NCBI GenBank assembly: GCA_041739995.1
Contig: JBGSMV010000009.1
Coordinates: 1-64,000, forward strand
Reading direction: 5' to 3'
DNA length: 64,000 nucleotides
Source of the DNA: Bdellovibrionota bacterium
GTDB taxonomy: Bacteria; Bdellovibrionota_C; UBA2361; JBGSMV01
Below are positions 39,144 to 48,629 of this stretch, piece after piece (the stretch's first letter is position 1; every line of letters begins with the position of its first letter). The position numbers were made by a program, and so were the translations under genes. The notes under the pieces were generated by a model. It was given only the letters and a program-made list of their open reading frames with translations, was not told the DNA's origin and searched no databases.

Positions 39144-39479
39144 ATGGCTAAAGACGCGATTGAAATGCAGGGCACTATTCAGGAGTGTTTTCCAAACACC
39201 ACTTTCCGTGTGCTTATGGATAATGGCCATGAAGTTCTCGCCTACTTAGCGGGGAAAATGCGCCGTTACTACATTCGCGTGCTGCCAGGAGACCAAGTCA
39301 CGGTGGAAATTTCCCCTTATGACCTTTCCAAGGGGCGAATCACTCGGCGCATTAGTGAAGCTCGCTCACGTCCAGGGCAGAATAGTCCTGGGCAAGGAAA
39401 TTCTGGTCCCGGTGGCAGTGGTCCTGGTGGCAGTGGTCCCGGTGGCAGTGGCCCCGGCGGCAGGTCTTCCTCCTCTTAG
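39144..39479 (+). CDS. infA: Translation initiation factor IF-1 with Gly/Ser/Pro tail
   Basis: [10 protein letters not shown]...[33 protein letters not shown], then (GPGGS)n. Confidence 0.95.
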   Translation: MAKDAIEMQGTIQECFPNTTFRVLMDNGHEVLAYLAGKMRRYYIRVLPGDQVTVEISPYDLSKGRITRRISEARSRPGQNSPGQGNSGPGGSGPGGSGPGGSGPGGRSSSS

Positions 39480-39491
39480 TTCTGCGCTATT

Positions 39492-39620
39492 TTAGATTGT
39501 TCAGCTAATTCGATTGCTCAGTGAATTAGATTGTTCAGTGAATCCGATTGCTCAGTGAATTAGATTGTTTAGTGAATTTCTTCACCCAAGAATTTCTTCA
39601 GCCAAAGTTCTTCATCCGCA
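39492..39620 (+). repeat. Tandem 17-bp repeat x5 followed by a ~16-bp repeat x3
   Basis: TTAGATTGTTCAGCTAA / TTCGATTGCTCAGTGAA / TTAGATTGTTCAGTGAA / TCCGATTGCTCAGTGAA / TTAGATTGTTTAGTGAA, then GAATTTCTTCACCCAA-like units. Confidence 0.9.
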
Positions 39621-39826
39621 AACTTCGCTTTCGGTTTCCTTCGATCGATTAGAACGACAATCGCGCTTCAAAGTCTCTTGCGCCTCATGGCCGCTTGTTA
39701 TCCGTTGATCCTAAAAAGTTTGTTTCCAGCGATGTCGCCGCTTAGAAAAGCAACGTCAATTTCAGCTGATAGTGGTAAATAGTATTCAGAGAAAAATAAG
39801 TGTCTACATGTCTTCGAGCGCCTGAT

Positions 39827-40449
39827 ATGCAGATGATAGACCTTCAAATTGTTTCAACTATCTTCGGGGCCATAGCGCTTCTTGGTGGATTTTTGGTATG
39901 GCAAACGCGGAAAGAACGACTGTTACTTTCGCGCCCGGTAAGTGAGGACTGGAAGGACGATCCCGTCGTTTTCTCGGGCGTGAACGGATGGGATTTATAT
40001 AGGACAAAGACTCCGTCATTCTTTTGGAAGGATCATCACCTTATTGACTCCGTGGGGCGTACGATTTTTGAACTTCGGTTTTTTTTGGGAAGAGCGGAAG
40101 TGGAAGAATCTCTGATGCTAACGGACTTTCTCTGGCTGTTAAATGGGAGTTTCAAGGAGGAATTTCTTATTTCAACCAAGACAAGTTAGTGGGAAAGATT
40201 GAGCTTACAGGATCAGTGCTCTATCCGTCTGGCGCCGAGCTTGAATTCGGAGAGCGAAGAATAAGAAAAGAAGCTACTGGAAGCACTATTTTTCTTAGAG
40301 GGGGACTGACATTTTCGGAGGCGGGGTTGCCAGTCGCAAAAGTTCGGGCACTTTCAAAGCTAGCTCACGCCCCCGATGCCATTGCCTTTCGCTCCGACAT
40401 GCCTACCGAATTGAGAATGATGCTTTTCCACTTATCTCGTCTTAATTGA
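39827..40449 (+). pseudogene. Membrane-anchored hypothetical gene frameshifted at a T8 tract (40079-40086)
   Basis: The frame of ORF 40189 is open back to 40072. One added T joins ...TIFELRFFF-GKSGSGRISDANG...LVGKIELTG. Confidence 0.65.
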
Positions 40450-40635
40450 CGAAATTGGGGCAGCCGGAAATAATAATCAATCTCTGCCCATGACTGAACC
40501 GCCCTCGCTTTAGTTGACACATCGACATTGTGGTCGGCGCCGGGACACCCGGCTAATAAAACTGTTGGACCGCATTGCTAAGCACGCTAAGGTTTTGGGA
40601 CGGCACGCAAACCATAATTCTGACCCGGGGGTGAC

Positions 40636-41121
40636 ATGTCGACGACTGCAAAGAACACAGTCTGCCTTTGGTACAATGACGACGCCGAAGAGGCTGCGCA
40701 CTTTTATACCAAAATATTTCCCGACTCATACGTTGATGCGGTGCACCGCGCACCTGGAGATTATCCTTCTGGGAAAGCAGGGGATGTGTTGACTGTCCAT
40801 TTCACTGTGCTGGGCGTGGCGTGCCTCGGACTCAACGGAGGTCCCACGTTCAAGCATAACGAGGCGTTCTCGTTTCAGGTTGCTACCGAAGACCAAGGCG
40901 AAACGGATCGGTACTGGAACGCGATCGTTGGCAACGGCGGTCAGGAAAGCGAGTGCGGCTGGTGCAAGGACAAGTGGGGCATCTCTTGGCAAATTACGCC
41001 GATCGCCCTGACGAAAGCATTCACCAGTTCCGACCGCGCAGCTGCCAAGCGGGCGTTCGATTCGATGATGACGATGAGGAAGATCGACATTGCCACGATC
41101 GAGGCGGCGTTTCGCGGGTGA
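40636..41121 (+). CDS. VOC/PhnB (3-demethylubiquinone-9 3-methyltransferase-like) protein
   Basis: CLWYNDDAEEAAHFY, LNGGPTF, AFSFQV, CGWCKDKWGISWQI and MRKIDIA. Confidence 0.93.
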   Translation: MSTTAKNTVCLWYNDDAEEAAHFYTKIFPDSYVDAVHRAPGDYPSGKAGDVLTVHFTVLGVACLGLNGGPTFKHNEAFSFQVATEDQGETDRYWNAIVGNGGQESECGWCKDKWGISWQITPIALTKAFTSSDRAAAKRAFDSMMTMRKIDIATIEAAFRG

Positions 41122-41238
41122 GGTGTGGGCAGTTACAATTCGTTCAAGCCAACGCCGCTATGCGGAACGTTTTAGCCCAGCTGACAACTTTGCAACGACG
41201 GAACTACAGAATAATTTGTTTCGAGGAATGATGAGCAT

Positions 41239-41670
41239 ATGGGAGGACCCTCTTACGAAGACCAAAAGCGCCACTGGAGTGAGATGCTCGGATACTTCAA
41301 ACGTGGAGCTGAAGGAGAGGCCGGCATCGAGTTGACTGAGGCCATTCACCGTCACAAATTCGGTGAAGCTACTCGATGGAAAACCGTGGTTAAGGATTTT
41401 CGATACGCGATCACAGGCGTCGATCCCGCCGAATCGCTCCGTCCCATCCCTGACAAATGCCATAAATTTGATACCTTCGTGCAGGATTCTCATTCATGGC
41501 TTAAGCGGGAATTTGCTGGTCGGGAAGGTGAATATTGGGAAGAAATGGCATCGTTTGGGTGCTATTGGATTCGCTTTAAGTCCGAGGCGGATTTGACAAG
41601 ATATAAGGAGGCTTTCGCATCTCAGCTGAGCGCGCTCGACTTTGAGGAACCTAGAAGCGAGCACAGCTGA
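41239..41670 (+). CDS. Hypothetical protein
   Basis: 143-aa ORF with upstream GAGG; no family recognised. Confidence 0.55.
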   Translation: MGGPSYEDQKRHWSEMLGYFKRGAEGEAGIELTEAIHRHKFGEATRWKTVVKDFRYAITGVDPAESLRPIPDKCHKFDTFVQDSHSWLKREFAGREGEYWEEMASFGCYWIRFKSEADLTRYKEAFASQLSALDFEEPRSEHS

Positions 41671-42022
41671 TCCGTGGGTCTGAGGGCGCTTACTTTGACT
41701 CGGCATATTCATCGACCATCATGATTCATCCCGATTCACCGGCGAAGGGGCTGCGTGCGGAAGCAGATCTGTTTATAAAACTGGGGAATCTGTTGATTAC
41801 ACACGGAGTCGCAGTGTGTTTATTTTCTGCGATGGGGGAATCTGCCGAAGTGCTGGCCGACGATAGCCGCGGTGTGGTGTTTGGGGGCGGGAAGAATGTA
41901 TAGCTCGCAACTCAACTGCGTTGTAAGCCGGAGGTGCTTTGGCAATTCTCCTATGCAGTCGGGTTACAGCAGATTTTAACGAACCTTTGCCTTCACGCGT
42001 AGCTGTCTTGTGGGTATAAGTC

Positions 42023-42424
42023 ATGGATTTAAAAATAATAACTCAGGCTGCTGAAGCAACCCTTTCCGGCAGTCTTCCATTTCCTCAAGTTGTTAGAATG
42101 CTCATCGAGGCGGGGGTCGAATACTACCATGTTGACTATGCAGCCTGCGGTAAAAGCTTCTATAGCCCCGACGGCGACAGAGTAGTTACTCCGATTACAT
42201 ACAGTGGGCTCCCGTCGATTGCTCCTGAATTAAATGTCGTGGCGCTCCGAGACGCAATTATTGATAGCCAACACAACGGACAGAAGTACTATGATTTTTC
42301 AGTGCGAGTGATGAGGGCAGGAGTTCAGGGTTACTTTGCATTCCTGCGTGGACAGAGGGTGACCTATTTTGGTCGTAAAGGCGATCAGCATACTGAGTGG
42401 TTTCCTGGAATGAAGCCAGAATGA
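42023..42424 (+). CDS. DUF1398 (YdfO-like) protein
   Basis: FPQVVRMLIEAGVEYYHVD...AIIDSQ...AGVQGY...VTYFGRKGDQHTEWFP. Confidence 0.85.
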   Translation: MDLKIITQAAEATLSGSLPFPQVVRMLIEAGVEYYHVDYAACGKSFYSPDGDRVVTPITYSGLPSIAPELNVVALRDAIIDSQHNGQKYYDFSVRVMRAGVQGYFAFLRGQRVTYFGRKGDQHTEWFPGMKPE

Positions 42425-42536
42425 AATTGCGGCTCAGTATCGGTTCGAACGAAAAAAACTCCGCGAATGAACAAGGAAACTTAGCCAAGTGCACAACGCC
42501 TGTTGAGTAAGACCTTTACGGCACTGAGGGAGATTT

Positions 42537-43247
42537 ATGCAAATTGATCCAGTAGCTATCATCACCGGCGCCAGTCGGGGAATCGGAGCGGCTCTAGCTC
42601 GTGGGTTTGCACAGGACGGATTTCGGGTGGCCGCGATGGCGCGTTCAGAAGGCGCGCTCGTGGCAATTGCACAGGATCTCGGACTTGATCGGTCACGATT
42701 CTTGCCGATACCTCTTGATTTATCTGACGTTAATTCGATTGTTTCTGCGGTACGAAACGTTTCCCATGAATTTGGAAGAATCGACGTATTGGTGAATAAT
42801 GCCGGCATGGGGGCGGTGGGCACGCTTGATCTTAATTTCAATACTTTCGAATCTTTGCTCGCGGTAAATCTTTCAGGGCCCTTTCGTCTGCTCCAAGAGG
42901 TTGTGCCTCTCATGATCGAAGGGAAAGGCGGAACGATTTTTAACGTTGCATCTCGCGCGGGAAAGGTTGGCTTTGCAGGCTTCGGCGCATACGGCGCCTC
43001 TAAGTTCGGATTGGTTGGCCTAAGCGAATCGCTCTATCGGGAGCTTGCGCCGAAAGGAATCAAAGTCACCACTCTATGTCCCAGTTGGGTGGACACTCAA
43101 ATGGCGCAGGATGCGGGCACTCCTCTTGACGCGCAGGAAATGATTCAGCCGGATGACCTAATGAAAACGGTGCGCTGGGTTATGTCCTTGTCGCCTGCGG
43201 CATGCGTTCGAGAAGTTATGATTGAGTGTCGCGGCGACATCGAGTAG
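42537..43247 (+). CDS. Short-chain dehydrogenase/reductase
   Basis: TGASRGIG, NNAG and YGASK motifs. Confidence 0.95.
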   Translation: MQIDPVAIITGASRGIGAALARGFAQDGFRVAAMARSEGALVAIAQDLGLDRSRFLPIPLDLSDVNSIVSAVRNVSHEFGRIDVLVNNAGMGAVGTLDLNFNTFESLLAVNLSGPFRLLQEVVPLMIEGKGGTIFNVASRAGKVGFAGFGAYGASKFGLVGLSESLYRELAPKGIKVTTLCPSWVDTQMAQDAGTPLDAQEMIQPDDLMKTVRWVMSLSPAACVREVMIECRGDIE

Positions 43248-43528
43248 GGGCAACTATTTACCGTTTCGTGATGAGACGGAACGCTCCAAGTGAATTGCTG
43301 ACCCCTTTTAGGGAAAGCAAAATGAGGAATCGAAGAACGCTTGTCACGTTAATAATTCTGGCTCTGCTCGCTCCGCAGGTGGGTATAGTCTAGGAATTGG
43401 CGGTGCGTGGGTATGATGCCTTTACAGGAAGCCCCTGCCGATAGCTTCGTAGAGACACCAATATTGCCTTCTCTCCCTCGATCAGGTTGTTACTGACACC
43501 GAGGGATGTCTTCTCTGCTTTCGGTTGC

Positions 43529-43912
43529 CTACGAGGAAGCTTGCATGTGGGAGAGTTCGTAAAGAAGGTCGTAGGTATAAATTCCGGTAGCATGACCATC
43601 GCCCCAGCGTAAACCAATCGCGTAGTTCCCTACTGGCCAGACCTCGGCCAGGTTAAGTTCCTCTTCGATCGAGCTGTCAATTATTCGAAGTGAGAGAGAT
43701 GGTTTTTTTGTTCCTCCGGAACCTACAGGGGCGCCCGACAACGGCTTTTCATGACTGCCTTCGCCGCGAGCTTCACGACAGGTCGCGCACGGGCAGTTAG
43801 TTCGAAGAACCTTGGTACTCAACTTACTTTCAGTTCCATTCGACCAGCGTACATCTAGCCCGTGTTCTTGGTGGCGACGAATTTCAACGGGGATGAGTGA
43901 CATAGGTTCCAA
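43529..43912 (-). CDS. DUF971 / GBBH-like N-terminal domain protein
   Basis: LRTNCPCATC and VGNYAIGLRWGDGHATGIY. Confidence 0.9.
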   Translation of the reverse strand: MEPMSLIPVEIRRHQEHGLDVRWSNGTESKLSTKVLRTNCPCATCREARGEGSHEKPLSGAPVGSGGTKKPSLSLRIIDSSIEEELNLAEVWPVGNYAIGLRWGDGHATGIYTYDLLYELSHMQASS

Positions 43913-44267
43913 CCCTTAAACGTTCCCATTTGAAGCTGCCACTCTCTGCCTTCTTTTCCGAGGAGAGCACGTCTCTTTGAACACCGGGCAGTCTCGCTAT
44001 TTGGTATCTTGGAAAGACCCTTCTTTCTGTTTGGTGCCTTCCAAAGATCTACGAGAAACCACCAGAAATCAAAAATTATAGTGAAATAAGGGGCTTCTGG
44101 GAAAACAAATTCAAAATACCCCTTTCTCCCAATGAAGCAAACCACAACGTTCGGCTGATCTATGAGTGGGCTTGGAATGTTTTAGGCCCGGGACAAACAG
44201 AATTCTCTGAGCTTGTTCTTTAATAGGTTGGTAGTGCCGGATCTAAGTCCGGAAAGAGTTGTGGGCT

Positions 44268-46121
44268 ATGGGAGCACCGCAGGAGCAACAAAAAGCGAGG
44301 ATAGGGAAGTACGAGGTTCTTGGAACCCTTGGTCGCGGCTCCATGGGCGTGGTTTATAAGGCACGCGATCCAGAAATCGACCGAATCGTAGCGGTAAAGA
44401 CACTGAGAACGCTTTCGACCGGAGCTGAGCAAGATGCTGATGTCGCTCTAGAGCGCTTTCGTTCAGAAGCACGCTCGGCAGGAAATTTACGTCACCCCAA
44501 TATTGTCGCAATTTTTGAAATTAATCGCGACGGCGACACTCCTTTCATCGTGATGGACTATGTGGAAGGGCAGAGTCTTGAAAGCCTGCTCGCGAAGAAC
44601 GGAACGTTGCCGCCCATGGCAGTTCTCTATTATATGTTGCAAGTCGCTTCGGCGCTCGATTTTGCTCACGTACGCGGAGTGATACATCGAGACATTAAGC
44701 CGGCGAACCTTCATATCGATAAGCATGGTCGGATCTACATTCTCGATTTCGGTGTTGCCGCCTTTCGGCAAGAGCTGAACCAAGAAGGAGCCAATGGAGC
44801 AATCGTAGGCACCCCTGGCTATATGTCACCCGAACAGATCTTAAGTGAGCCACTCGACACAAAGAGCGATATATTTAGTCTGGCAGGCGTCGCATTTGAG
44901 TGTTTCACCGGCAAACGTCCGTTCGCAGGTGAGACTTTTAGCGATGTAATGGGCAATATTTTAGCGGGCAACCTTATTCCGCTTACTGAGCTGAACAAGG
45001 AGCTTCCGTTGGCATTAGAGGCCGAATTCGAGCGAGCACTGCAACGCGAACGCTCGCAGAGATTCCAAACCGCAACAGAGATGGTTGAGGAATTCTGCCT
45101 CGCACTCGACGTTGACCCTTCCACTGTTCGGAACAGCCCGTCAGTTGCAAACCTTCCTTCACTTCCACGTAAGAAGAAATCGTCGGGATGGCAGGTGCTT
45201 TCGGTACGTCCTAAATCTGAAGAGGAGGATCGAGCGGCCGCGCAGCCGCTTCAGGGCGTCACCACACGCGCAGTCCCTGCTTCCGAGCAAGGTATGGGAG
45301 GGTCAAACGGAGGGGTTCGCGTTCAAGATGCTCCGAATGCCTGGGAAATTGAATCACAGCCAATTGGCATCGACTTTAATCGCCCTGCATCTAGACCGTC
45401 ATCGAGTAGGCCGTCGGTTGTGCTCTCTGAGCATATCGAAGGGCTGCAACGCATAGTGGCCGCGCGTCATGCTGATACCGAACGAGAATCAAAGTCTCTT
45501 AGACGTTTGACGCTGGTGTTTGCGGGAATATGCATCGCTCTTGGCAGCGGGATACTGTTTCTGGTGACTGCAGGAGTAGAGGAAGCCAACACAGTAACGC
45601 CGACTACCGAAGTAAGAGTTGGTGTCCTCTCGCAGAGCGAAGCAGCCGAGCCATTAGTTCAAGACTCCACGGTTTCGCTTCGGCTGCCGGTGGTTGAGAC
45701 TGCCCCGGGAGATGTGCCAGCGGTGGGGCTTACTGATAAGCAACTTCTTGGTCTGCTGATCGATGAAACTGCTGCTGAGGCGCGGCTGATCCAGGGTATT
45801 CACGAGGCACAACGACGTAACTTGGTCGGATTTGTCGACGCAAGTACGGTGGCGCTGCGCAATCGGTCGTACCTGGTGCGGGTTGAGATGGTGAAGACTC
45901 TCGCAAAACTAGGCGATCGCCGAGTGGTTCCAGACCTTATGCTTCGATTAGACGACGAGGACATTTTGGTACGAGGCCATGCAGCGAGAGCTCTTGGTAT
46001 CTTGGGAGATCGCCGGGCGCTTGGGTATCTGAATATGCGGTTTGCGAAAGAAGACTCCGAACAGGCCAAGGCAGCCATGCAAAGAGCCATAGAGAGAATT
46101 CAGGGCTTCCCGATGCACTAG
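44268..46121 (+). CDS. Hanks-type Ser/Thr kinase with TM and C-terminal HEAT repeats
   Basis: GRGSMGVVY, VAVK, HRDIKPANL, DFG, GTPGYMSPEQ; one TM; VRVEMVKTLAKLGD / VRGHAARALGILGD repeats. Confidence 0.92.
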   Translation: MGAPQEQQKARIGKYEVLGTLGRGSMGVVYKARDPEIDRIVAVKTLRTLSTGAEQDADVALERFRSEARSAGNLRHPNIVAIFEINRDGDTPFIVMDYVEGQSLESLLAKNGTLPPMAVLYYMLQVASALDFAHVRGVIHRDIKPANLHIDKHGRIYILDFGVAAFRQELNQEGANGAIVGTPGYMSPEQILSEPLDTKSDIFSLAGVAFECFTGKRPFAGETFSDVMGNILAGNLIPLTELNKELPLALEAEFERALQRERSQRFQTATEMVEEFCLALDVDPSTVRNSPSVANLPSLPRKKKSSGWQVLSVRPKSEEEDRAAAQPLQGVTTRAVPASEQGMGGSNGGVRVQDAPNAWEIESQPIGIDFNRPASRPSSSRPSVVLSEHIEGLQRIVAARHADTERESKSLRRLTLVFAGICIALGSGILFLVTAGVEEANTVTPTTEVRVGVLSQSEAAEPLVQDSTVSLRLPVVETAPGDVPAVGLTDKQLLGLLIDETAAEARLIQGIHEAQRRNLVGFVDASTVALRNRSYLVRVEMVKTLAKLGDRRVVPDLMLRLDDEDILVRGHAARALGILGDRRALGYLNMRFAKEDSEQAKAAMQRAIERIQGFPMH

Positions 46122-46249
46122 GAGTCTGTGACGCAGGCACAGACGGTGACGTGTCCCCGCACCCCGAAGCATCCTCAATTTAATAGCAGCGTAGGCGCAT
46201 GCGAGCGAAGGCGGACCCTAATGAGCAGGGCTGTGTCAGAGACTCCTAG
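46118..46249 (+). mobile_element. MITE-like repeat, copy 2 (best TIRs)
   Basis: TIRs CTAGGAGTCTGTGACGCAG / CTGTGTCAGAGACTCCTAG (17 of 19 match), CTAG at both ends. Confidence 0.8.
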
Positions 46250-46605
46250 ACACCGATTGGAGGCTAGAAGGAGAGGGGGCCGAGAAAATGTTTGTTCCTT
46301 GGTGCCCAATCCGAGCGGCTCTGATGCTTTCCCGGCACTTGTTTAGACAAAGCTGGTTGATTCCTGAGCGAAAATCTGCAAATAATTTCAACTCCTTGGG
46401 ATCTGTGACGGAGAGGACCATGACCTCACCGCGTAGTGATCCCTTTCGGGAGCGTTTTTTTGACCGCGTGTATTCGCCAAAGGACTCGGGCGTTGTGAAA
46501 GACGTTAGTGGCGCATGCGTTTATCTCGAGATGCTTTCAGGGATCGCCAGGCAACATACCGATCAGCAAGGCTGCTCTCGGTCCATATCGTACATAGGTA
46601 AAAGT

Positions 46606-47325
46606 ATGCGTGAGCACTGTTCTTCTGGGTATTTTTTCGGACGGCGCATTTTCTTCACCGCGGTGATTGCGACTTCTCTAATCGGTTGCCAACCTCAGAA
46701 ACAAGGGTCTGCGGTGCAGCCAAGTCGACAAGAAACTCAGTATCTTGAACACAGAGTTCAGTTTCAGGGCGAAACGCTCTCTGTAATTGCAAATTGGTAC
46801 ACTGGTTCTGGAAGGAACTGGGAGCTCGTGCTTGATGCCAACCCAGGAGTGGATCCACGGAGAATTCGTCTTGGAGATTTGATTCGCATTCCACGCGAGC
46901 TCTTAAGTCGCCAGGACCCACTTCCTCGTAGCGCCGTTCCAGGGGCCGGCGGTGGAAACGCGCGTGCTGCTTCGAGTGCCTCGGCCAGCAATGCGGAAGT
47001 TGTTTCTGCCGAACAGCCATCGTCAGCGGAGACCGCTGCGGTGGTCGAATCAGAAGAGGTAGATATGAGCGCCTCCTCGAACTGGAATATGACGGACGAT
47101 TCAGCTGACGTAGTCGAGGAAGTCGTTGAACCAGAAACGGCAGTAGTTGAGGATTCGCCGGACAGTCAGGATGCCACTAGCTTTAGTGATTTTAGTGACC
47201 TCGAGAAGCAAGAAAATGAGGATTCCAGCGTGACCGAACCTGTTGAGGATACAACCCAAAACGCTCCCTCAGAGATGCGCATCAAATCAAGAGACGAGTT
47301 GCTTAAAGAACTCCTAGAGGAATAG
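46606..47325 (+). CDS. LysM-domain lipoprotein with acidic disordered tail
   Basis: Lipobox LIGC; HRVQFQGETLSVIANWYTGSGRNWELVLDANPGVDPRRIRLGDLIRIP LysM. Confidence 0.85.
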   Translation: MREHCSSGYFFGRRIFFTAVIATSLIGCQPQKQGSAVQPSRQETQYLEHRVQFQGETLSVIANWYTGSGRNWELVLDANPGVDPRRIRLGDLIRIPRELLSRQDPLPRSAVPGAGGGNARAASSASASNAEVVSAEQPSSAETAAVVESEEVDMSASSNWNMTDDSADVVEEVVEPETAVVEDSPDSQDATSFSDFSDLEKQENEDSSVTEPVEDTTQNAPSEMRIKSRDELLKELLEE

Positions 47326-47518
47326 GACCTTTTTCGCCGAAGCAGATTATTTTCAATGACCGCTTAGCCGGTAAGGCTTAGGCGTGTTCAGCATTCCTCG
47401 CGGTGGAGGAGCTTGCCGCTGAGGTACCTGTTTGGCGAGATGCGGCCGATGGCCGGAGGTAGTCAGGTAAATATTATTCTGACTAGCCCGCTTCTGTCCG
47501 TTGTGAAACGGGACTTGC

Positions 47519-47767
47519 TTAGGTGACCTTAAGTCGAGCCGCCTCATTGAGCTCTTCGAGCGATCGCTCCAGATTTTCAATATGCTTGGCCATCTCTTCC
47601 GAGACGGAGCCTGCGTCCCAGCAGGTTGCCAGGGCATCGCGGAATTGTTTGAGACTTGCATCAATCGTCGAGCGCAGGCCTGCGTCAACCACTTCTTGTT
47701 TTGTGAAGCGCGACCAATCCTTTAACCGCTTTTGCTTGGCTGCCAGCCGCGATAGGTCAAAAGACAT
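47519..47767 (-). CDS. Small helical hypothetical protein
   Basis: Strong SD GAGGAG 5 nt before ATG; amphipathic helices. Confidence 0.7.
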   Translation of the reverse strand: MSFDLSRLAAKQKRLKDWSRFTKQEVVDAGLRSTIDASLKQFRDALATCWDAGSVSEEMAKHIENLERSLEELNEAARLKVT

Positions 47768-47931
47768 AGATACTCCTCGATCCCCAGCACCGTATGGTGT
47801 TAAAAGTACTCGCCAACACTACAGCGATTAAGGCCTTCGCCGCTAGTCTGCGTTCCAGCCTTAGCCGCAGTTCCTGTCCGAAGTGCTTATCCGTAGTGCT
47901 GGTGAGAGATGTCCATGAAGCAGAGCTGTCC

Positions 47932-48435
47932 ATGACACAAAGAATAGCGCTATTTCCAGGGTCCTTCGACCCCCTTACCAGAGGCCACATCGACCTAGTG
48001 CGACGTGCGCTTCGTATTTTTGACCGAGTCGTCGTGGGAGTGCTTGTAAATTCCACCAAAGACAGTCTTTTTTCTCCGGAAGAGCGAGAAGTTTTTATAC
48101 GAACTGAGTTTTCCGATTCCAGTGATCGCGTCGTGGTGAAGAGCTTTAGTGGACTACTAGTAGAATTCGCCAAGCAGGTTCAGGCCCAGGTAGTAATTCG
48201 CGGGCTGCGAGCCATCAGTGATTACGACTACGAGGCCCAAATGGCGCTGATGAATAAGCACCTCTACGAGGAACTCGAAACGTTCTTCATGATAGCGCGT
48301 GAAGAGAACTCCTACGTGAGCTCGTCGCTCGTCAGACAGATTGCGGCCCTCGGTGGCGAGGTCGAGAAACTAGTCACCCCGGTGGTGGCCTCTGCGCTTA
48401 AACAGAAACTCCTAGCTAAAAAAAATAGCAGCTAG
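47932..48435 (+). CDS. coaD: Phosphopantetheine adenylyltransferase
   Basis: FPGSFDPLTRGHID, IRGLRAISDYDYE and VSSSLVR. Confidence 0.97.
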   Translation: MTQRIALFPGSFDPLTRGHIDLVRRALRIFDRVVVGVLVNSTKDSLFSPEEREVFIRTEFSDSSDRVVVKSFSGLLVEFAKQVQAQVVIRGLRAISDYDYEAQMALMNKHLYEELETFFMIAREENSYVSSSLVRQIAALGGEVEKLVTPVVASALKQKLLAKKNSS

Positions 48436-48507
48436 GAATCTATGCACAGGCACATGAGGTTAGCGAAGGCGGACCCTCATAGACCGGGCTGTGTCACAGA
48501 CTTCTGG
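48432..48507 (+). mobile_element. MITE-like repeat, copy 3 (internally deleted)
   Basis: CTAGGAATCT...CACAGGCACA, core AGCGAAGGCGGACCCT and GGGCTGTGTCACAGACTTCTGG end. Confidence 0.7.
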
Positions 48508-48629
48508 TTTTAGTCGCTAGATATTTAAAATAATTGCAGTTACTTAGGTGGAGTAGTGGTGCGAGCCTTGAGTAAATCCAGACTCGAAGCTATCATCCAA
48601 CCTCTTTAAATCATTATTGGTTTTTGTAT

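Noticed and set aside
39492..39620. Possible CRISPR array
   Set aside because: Units are 17 bp and contiguous with no unique spacers, and there are no cas genes.
41721..41903. 60-aa ORF
   Set aside because: No SD or motif; probably a remnant or non-coding.
46288..46605. N-terminal extension of the LysM ORF (likewise accA, coaD, rpoZ, etfB and hybrid kinase ORF-track starts)
   Set aside because: Upstream in-frame extensions lack family similarity; later ATGs fit motifs, lipobox or SD better.
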